From Acidimicrobiaceae bacterium (GTDB lineage Bacteria > Actinomycetota > Acidimicrobiia > Acidimicrobiales > RAAP-2), in NCBI GenBank assembly GCA_003152555.1, contig PMAL01000141.1, positions 2,109-46,455 of the forward strand: a stretch of DNA of 44,347 nucleotides, written 5' to 3'. Position 1 is the first letter of the stretch. Each line of letters starts with the position of its first letter. The position numbers and the translations under genes were made by a program. Shown in pieces: positions 39,669 to 44,347 of the stretch. The notes under the pieces were generated by a model. That model saw only the letters and a program-made list of their open reading frames with translations, searched no databases and was not told where the DNA came from.

Positions 39669-39985
39669 TACTTCCTTGAGTCGACGGGTCGCCGGCGTCG
39701 CCAAATAACGAGGCCCGCCGCGACGAAGAGCGCGCCAATGCTCGCGTAACTGAGCCACTGATGGCTGGCGAAGACGTAGACGTCAAAGAGTCGAAAGAGA
39801 CCAATGACCAACGCCACCAGCAATACCAGCACCGCTAACACGATGATCAGTCCATAGGCGAGCGCTCGCCCAGCTAAAAGAATCGGACGCAGTACTCGGT
39901 CGTGGACGACGTCCAGGACGTGGTCGAATGAGTGCAGGGCCTTGTCGATAATGTCGGGTTCGCGGGTGTCCTTAGCGTCGTCCAC
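39668..39985 (-). CDS. Small hypothetical membrane protein (two TM helices)
   Basis: GTG 39985 lies 7 nt after TAAGTT; hydrophobic helices; TAATG coupling to trxB. Confidence 0.65.
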   Translation of the reverse strand: MDDAKDTREPDIIDKALHSFDHVLDVVHDRVLRPILLAGRALAYGLIIVLAVLVLLVALVIGLFRLFDVYVFASHQWLSYASIGALFVAAGLVIWRRRRPVDSRK

Positions 39986-40013
39986 ACCTAGCAACTTAGC
40001 GGCGCACGTCTCT

Positions 40014-40853
40014 TTACGCTTCGAGCCACGCGACGCCGATGATTCCTGGACCACCGTGCGTGCCCACAGTGGGACCCATGTCAGCGATGATCAGTGGGAA
40101 CTCAATTGGAATGTCTGCCACCAGTGCCTCGAGGTTGTGTAGTTCGCTTGAATCGCCGTGCACCACGGCGAGGCGGCGCAGGGGAGTGTGCGTGCGCGCT
40201 ACCGCCGAAATTGCGGCGAGGGCCTTGGCGCGCGTTCGTTGGCGTCCGGCTTCAGCGACGACCCCGTTGCTCAGTTCTATCAACGGTTTGATAGCGAGCA
40301 CCTGGCCAATCAGGGCGCGAGCCCCCCCGATGCGACCACCCTTCACCAGGTGTTCAAGGGTGTCGAGCATGGCAATGACGCCCACCTTGGAAAGTTGGCG
40401 CTGAGCGAGCTCGTCGAGTTCGTCAAGCGTCGCGCCGCTCTGAGCTGCCTCGGCAACGTCGAGGACCAAGAGACCGAGCGCTATGGATGCGGCCTTGGAG
40501 TCAATGACGCGTACCGGAATCTTTGCGTTCACGGCTTCGCTGGCGAGGACGGCCGCTTGATGCGTGGCCGACAATGCGGCCGACAACGTGATGGCGATGA
40601 CGCCGTCGCAGCCGTCGTCGTGGGCGCGTTCGTACGCCGCTTGAAACGCACCAGGCGCCGGTGCGGCGGTGGCCGGCAATGTCTTGGACGCCTTGCACTT
40701 AGCCCAAAACTCGGCCGGTGTTAAATCAACGCGATCAGTGAACTCCTCGTCGCCGAAGCGGATGCTGAGAGAAACAATCTCAATGTCGAGGCGACGCGCA
40801 ATCTCTTCTGGAAGATCGCAACTGCTGTCACTGATAACCCGAACGTGCGCCAC
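40014..40853 (-). CDS. DegV/FakB-family fatty-acid-binding protein
   Basis: ISDSSCDLP, LS..LSAT, IDSK, L.KGGRIG, IKPLI and VGTHGGPG. Confidence 0.92.
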   Translation of the reverse strand: MAHVRVISDSSCDLPEEIARRLDIEIVSLSIRFGDEEFTDRVDLTPAEFWAKCKASKTLPATAAPAPGAFQAAYERAHDDGCDGVIAITLSAALSATHQAAVLASEAVNAKIPVRVIDSKAASIALGLLVLDVAEAAQSGATLDELDELAQRQLSKVGVIAMLDTLEHLVKGGRIGGARALIGQVLAIKPLIELSNGVVAEAGRQRTRAKALAAISAVARTHTPLRRLAVVHGDSSELHNLEALVADIPIEFPLIIADMGPTVGTHGGPGIIGVAWLEA

Positions 40854-40871
40854 GTTCCCCCTTCGAACTAC

Positions 40872-42464
40872 TCAAGCCTTCCACTTCTCGGACCTTCTCG
40901 CGACGCTGCGCTGGGCGAGGACCACCACCGTAATGTAGGCGACCGCACCCGCTACTACCGTGCCCAGGAATCGAGTGATGAGGCCGGTGCCCTGGTTGGC
41001 GCTCGACAGCGCGTAAATCAGCGCCATGATCAGCGTCGCTACGAGCGAGGCCCCGAGGCTGCGCCGCACGTGGCGCGCCCAAATTACCGAGGCAATGCGC
41101 ACGTGGTGTCGCGCCAGGGCGAAGAGCGCCACCACCGCCGCGGCGCTGTAGGCAATCGAGATGCTGGCGATCAGCCCCGCCAACGAGCGGCGACCGAGCA
41201 CGATCGCGAGCGCGATCGTCAGCGAATTCTCCAGCACGTAGAGGTAAAAAACCTCGCGCGCTCGCTGCATCGATTGCAATCCACGCACGCAGAGTTGGAA
41301 GACAGTGAATCCTGGCAGTCCCGCCGACAGCACGGCGAGCACGATGCCAACGGGCAGTTGCTTGGTGGCGTTGGCGTGGAACAGCGCGATCGCCACGATG
41401 GGCTGGGCGAAGACCACGAGCACGAGCGTGCAGGGAATGATGATGACGAGTGATTGGCGCAATCCGAAGCTCAGGCGTTCACCAAGGCCCGCGAAGTCCT
41501 GGCTCGTGGCGAGGCCCGCCAACTGCGGCGTGAGCACGCCCAGTACTGAGACGACCACGACGGCGTAGGGCATCTGCATGATCGACCAGCCGTAGGTGTA
41601 GGCGCTCACGTTACCCTTGCCGGGAAGACCAAACGCGAAGGCCAGGACCACGTAGAGCGAGAGTTGATTCGTGAGCACCACCAGTAACGTCCAACTGCCG
41701 AGGCGACTGATGGTCTTAAGGGCCGGGTCTTTGTGATCGAAACGAAACGACAGGCGCCACAGGTCGGCCCGGGCGAGCGACGGCAGCAGACAGAGGAACT
41801 GCACGGCGACGCCCAGCGTGGTGCCCAGTCCCAGCCACAACAGGTGGCTCGAACCTTCGAGCGAATGCAGCGTAGGTGTCGGGTCAACGAGGTGAAACCA
41901 CACCAACACGCCGATGCAGACAACATTGTTGGCGACGGGCACCCACGACCCGGGCGCAAAGCGATTGCGAATATTAAGCAGTGCCGTGGCAATGCCAATG
42001 ATCCCGTAGAAGAAGATTTGGGGCACGAACCAGCGCAACAATGATGTGGCGAGCATCCGCTGCTGGCTGAGCGTGTGGAGCGACTCGCTCGACGAGGACC
42101 GGTTAAGGGCCGTGAAGCCTTCAATGATCCACGGCGCCGCGAGCCACGCAACGACGGAGGCCACTACGAGCACCATGAGCGCTCCGGTGACGACACTGGA
42201 GATTGATTTCCAGGCCCTGCGTTCGCCGTCAAGCGCCAGGCGTTCAACGAAGACCGGTATGAACGTCGCGCCGAGAACACCGCCCAGTACGAGGTCGAAC
42301 AGCATGTTGGGCACGGTGTTGGCCAGGTTGAAGGCGTCGGCAATTGGCGTGAAGCCGAGGACCCACGCGAGCACCAGCACCCGCAGCAGTCCGGTCAGGC
42401 GCGAGGCCAGGGTGCCACTGGCCATAGAAAAAACTCGTGAACCGTGTGTCGCGCTCGGACTCAT
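40872..42464 (-). CDS. murJ: Lipid II flippase MurJ/MviN
   Basis: GTLASRLTGLLR, DAFNLANTVPN, GGVLGATFIPV and PQIFFYG; many TM helices; no C-terminal pseudokinase extension. Confidence 0.93.
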   Translation of the reverse strand: MSPSATHGSRVFSMASGTLASRLTGLLRVLVLAWVLGFTPIADAFNLANTVPNMLFDLVLGGVLGATFIPVFVERLALDGERRAWKSISSVVTGALMVLVVASVVAWLAAPWIIEGFTALNRSSSSESLHTLSQQRMLATSLLRWFVPQIFFYGIIGIATALLNIRNRFAPGSWVPVANNVVCIGVLVWFHLVDPTPTLHSLEGSSHLLWLGLGTTLGVAVQFLCLLPSLARADLWRLSFRFDHKDPALKTISRLGSWTLLVVLTNQLSLYVVLAFAFGLPGKGNVSAYTYGWSIMQMPYAVVVVSVLGVLTPQLAGLATSQDFAGLGERLSFGLRQSLVIIIPCTLVLVVFAQPIVAIALFHANATKQLPVGIVLAVLSAGLPGFTVFQLCVRGLQSMQRAREVFYLYVLENSLTIALAIVLGRRSLAGLIASISIAYSAAAVVALFALARHHVRIASVIWARHVRRSLGASLVATLIMALIYALSSANQGTGLITRFLGTVVAGAVAYITVVVLAQRSVARRSEKWKA

Positions 42465-44347
42465 TTGGCGTGGCGCGCTTTGGGACGGCGCCTATTGGTG
42501 CGGAACCACCAATAGGCGAGCACCAGCAAGGAACCAATGGTCAAGAGGTAGCCCACCACTGAATTGCCAGCAATGCGTACTTGTATTGCTGAACGCGCAA
42601 GTACCACTTGATCATTGGGTGTGGTGACGACCACTTGCAGGGTGAGGCTGCTGCCTCGGTGATTAGACGTCGGCACGCGTAGCGCCGTGGTGGGTGATTT
42701 CAACGTGGTGACGATGTTGTCGCCCTTGGGAAAGGACAGGGCACTGGTGATCAGATGCACCACTACGGTCACTGGATAATTGGCGCGACTGAGCACCGTG
42801 ATGGGTAGCGCCGTGCCCGGGCCGGCGAGTGTGATGGCGCCGGAGTTGACCGAGAACAGGTTGAGCTGATTGTTGAGGATGTTGAGCGCCCTCGTAATTG
42901 CTTTCTGGCGACCGCTCGAACTACCCACGACTTCGCTTTCGGCCACGTCAGCGCTAAGCGTGGTGCTGTAGCCCGTTGCGTCCATGGCCTTGTTGTACGA
43001 ATTGACCGCGCCGATGAGCGTGATGAGCGACGTCACATTGTTGGCCGTCCACGTCGGTGGCGTCGTTGTGACTAGTGTCCTCGTGGCGGGCGCGCCGTTG
43101 GTGCCAACCAGTGAGGACTCAAACGACGGACTGAGGCGGCGCGCCACCACGAAGGGATTGTTGTTGAGGGTCCCTAAGAGATCGGCGATGTAACTTGCCG
43201 GTGTGTCGGCGGCCGACGCGACCACCACGACACTGCGTGACGCGGGTGCATCAGGTGCTTCGAAATGGAGGAACGCGAGGGTCGCCACGGTCATGGCCGC
43301 CCGTCGACCGGGCTCAATGGATTCATTAGTGGCGAGCGCGGAGAGCGGCTCGTCGATGCTGAGTGCACTTAACGATTGCGCGCCCTGGGGATGGAAGGGC
43401 GCGCCCCAATTGAGCGTCGTCGAAGGAGCGACCGCAAGTGCAGACTCGGGAACCATGACGTCGCGCACGCCCGCGCCCGCCAATGCGTCCAGGCTGGAGA
43501 GCGACGGACGACCAGACAGCAGCACCTGTGGGTCGACGAAGTGGCCAGTAATGGTCTTGAGGAAGGTTGCGGTGAGTGAGAGTTGTTGGGCCACTTGGGT
43601 GGTGAGACCGTTCGCCACTAGTCCGCCGAAATCAATGTTGCCTGGCGGGGCGACGACGACACGGTGCAGTGGACTCGCCAGGGCCCTGACGAGTGCCGCG
43701 TCCATCTGCTCACTCGAGGGCGTCGTGGCGACGGGCATCAATCGAGCGAGCGTGCGGTAGTCGGCGCTCAGCGTGATGGGTATCGAGCGGTCGTTGGCGA
43801 TGGTGTCGAGCACGGCGATCGCCCGAGACGTGCGGTGCAGTATCGAAGGTTGGAATGTCTCAATCCAATTGAGAAAGAGCGGTCGCGCCACCCGGGTCGC
43901 CTCGATCGCGACCAGCGACCACTTGGTGGTCGTCACGCCATTGATGGTGAGGGTGTAGCTGAGCGGATAGACCCCGTCGCACTGGGCCCCGGCGCAGGCC
44001 AGGTGTAGTCGGGGTGAGCGCGATCCGCAGATTCCCGCCACGCGACCGGGCGTTCGGGCGTAGAGCCCCACGGTGATTGAAATTGACCGGTGTGTCGCGC
44101 AGTCGAGATCGATGAGGGCGGTGGTGGTGCTGGGCTTGGTGTGGATGCCCGCACCGCTGGTGATGGGCGTCAATTGCGACCGGGTCACGACGCGGGGATA
44201 GAGCGACAGTTGCGCGACGGCCTTGTCGTGGGCCGTGGGCAGGTCGAGGGTAACGCGTAATCGAGCGCGACCGCTCGATGAGAGCGCGACCCACGCGCCC
44301 TGGTGTGACACTTTGAACGTCGTCGTCGTTCCAGCCTGCGCGGCCGA
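42461..44347 (-). CDS. Large exported/membrane-anchored protein upstream of murJ (DUF6049-like), 5' end outside the window
   Basis: Frame is open to the window edge; GVYPL motif; C-terminal Ig-like segment (LPITV...YPVTVVV) followed by a TM helix and basic tail; conserved position before murJ. Confidence 0.7.
   Translation of the reverse strand, partial: SAAQAGTTTTFKVSHQGAWVALSSSGRARLRVTLDLPTAHDKAVAQLSLYPRVVTRSQLTPITSGAGIHTKPSTTTALIDLDCATHRSISITVGLYARTPGRVAGICGSRSPRLHLACAGAQCDGVYPLSYTLTINGVTTTKWSLVAIEATRVARPLFLNWIETFQPSILHRTSRAIAVLDTIANDRSIPITLSADYRTLARLMPVATTPSSEQMDAALVRALASPLHRVVVAPPGNIDFGGLVANGLTTQVAQQLSLTATFLKTITGHFVDPQVLLSGRPSLSSLDALAGAGVRDVMVPESALAVAPSTTLNWGAPFHPQGAQSLSALSIDEPLSALATNESIEPGRRAAMTVATLAFLHFEAPDAPASRSVVVVASAADTPASYIADLLGTLNNNPFVVARRLSPSFESSLVGTNGAPATRTLVTTTPPTWTANNVTSLITLIGAVNSYNKAMDATGYSTTLSADVAESEVVGSSSGRQKAITRALNILNNQLNLFSVNSGAITLAGPGTALPITVLSRANYPVTVVVHLITSALSFPKGDNIVTTLKSPTTALRVPTSNHRGSSLTLQVVVTTPNDQVVLARSAIQVRIAGNSVVGYLLTIGSLLVLAYWWFRTNRRRPKARHAK

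Overview
This is a chromosomal replication-origin region of a GC-rich actinobacterium, most likely Acidimicrobiia (inferred from gene order and protein motifs, not from a database search). The left arm (1-7.5 kb) holds a thiolase, crgA, a reduced fhaA-fhaB-pstP-pbpA-pknB cell-wall signalling operon with no rodA or pknA, and tRNA-Leu(CAG). The accessory block (7.6-23 kb) holds two ABC exporters, mscR with a frameshifted MBL-hydrolase partner, an SDR, two tandem exported SGNH hydrolases, a YcaQ-like DNA glycosylase, an esterase/MarR divergon, rsgA, an ABC-F ATPase and a DsbA/FrnE protein. The core (23-44 kb) runs gyrA-gyrB-dciA-recF-dnaN-oriC-dnaA, rpmH-rnpA-yidD-yidC-jag-rsmG, five parS sites, parAB, a CwlM-like gene, trxA-trxB, degV, murJ and a partial membrane protein. 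I see no mobile element, CRISPR array or defence system, and I cannot claim a wholly new multi-gene system. The best leads are regulatory or architectural: a leaderless, hairpin-rich 57-codon uORF abutting the ABC-F start; a strong internal SD/ATG in jag predicting a short KH-R3H isoform; a 13-bp motif shared by oriC and a DnaA-box cluster behind parB; a D-to-N change in the DnaA box-reading helix; an orphaned PbpA with an SxD motif; and a likely CTG-initiated, catalytically dead CwlM.
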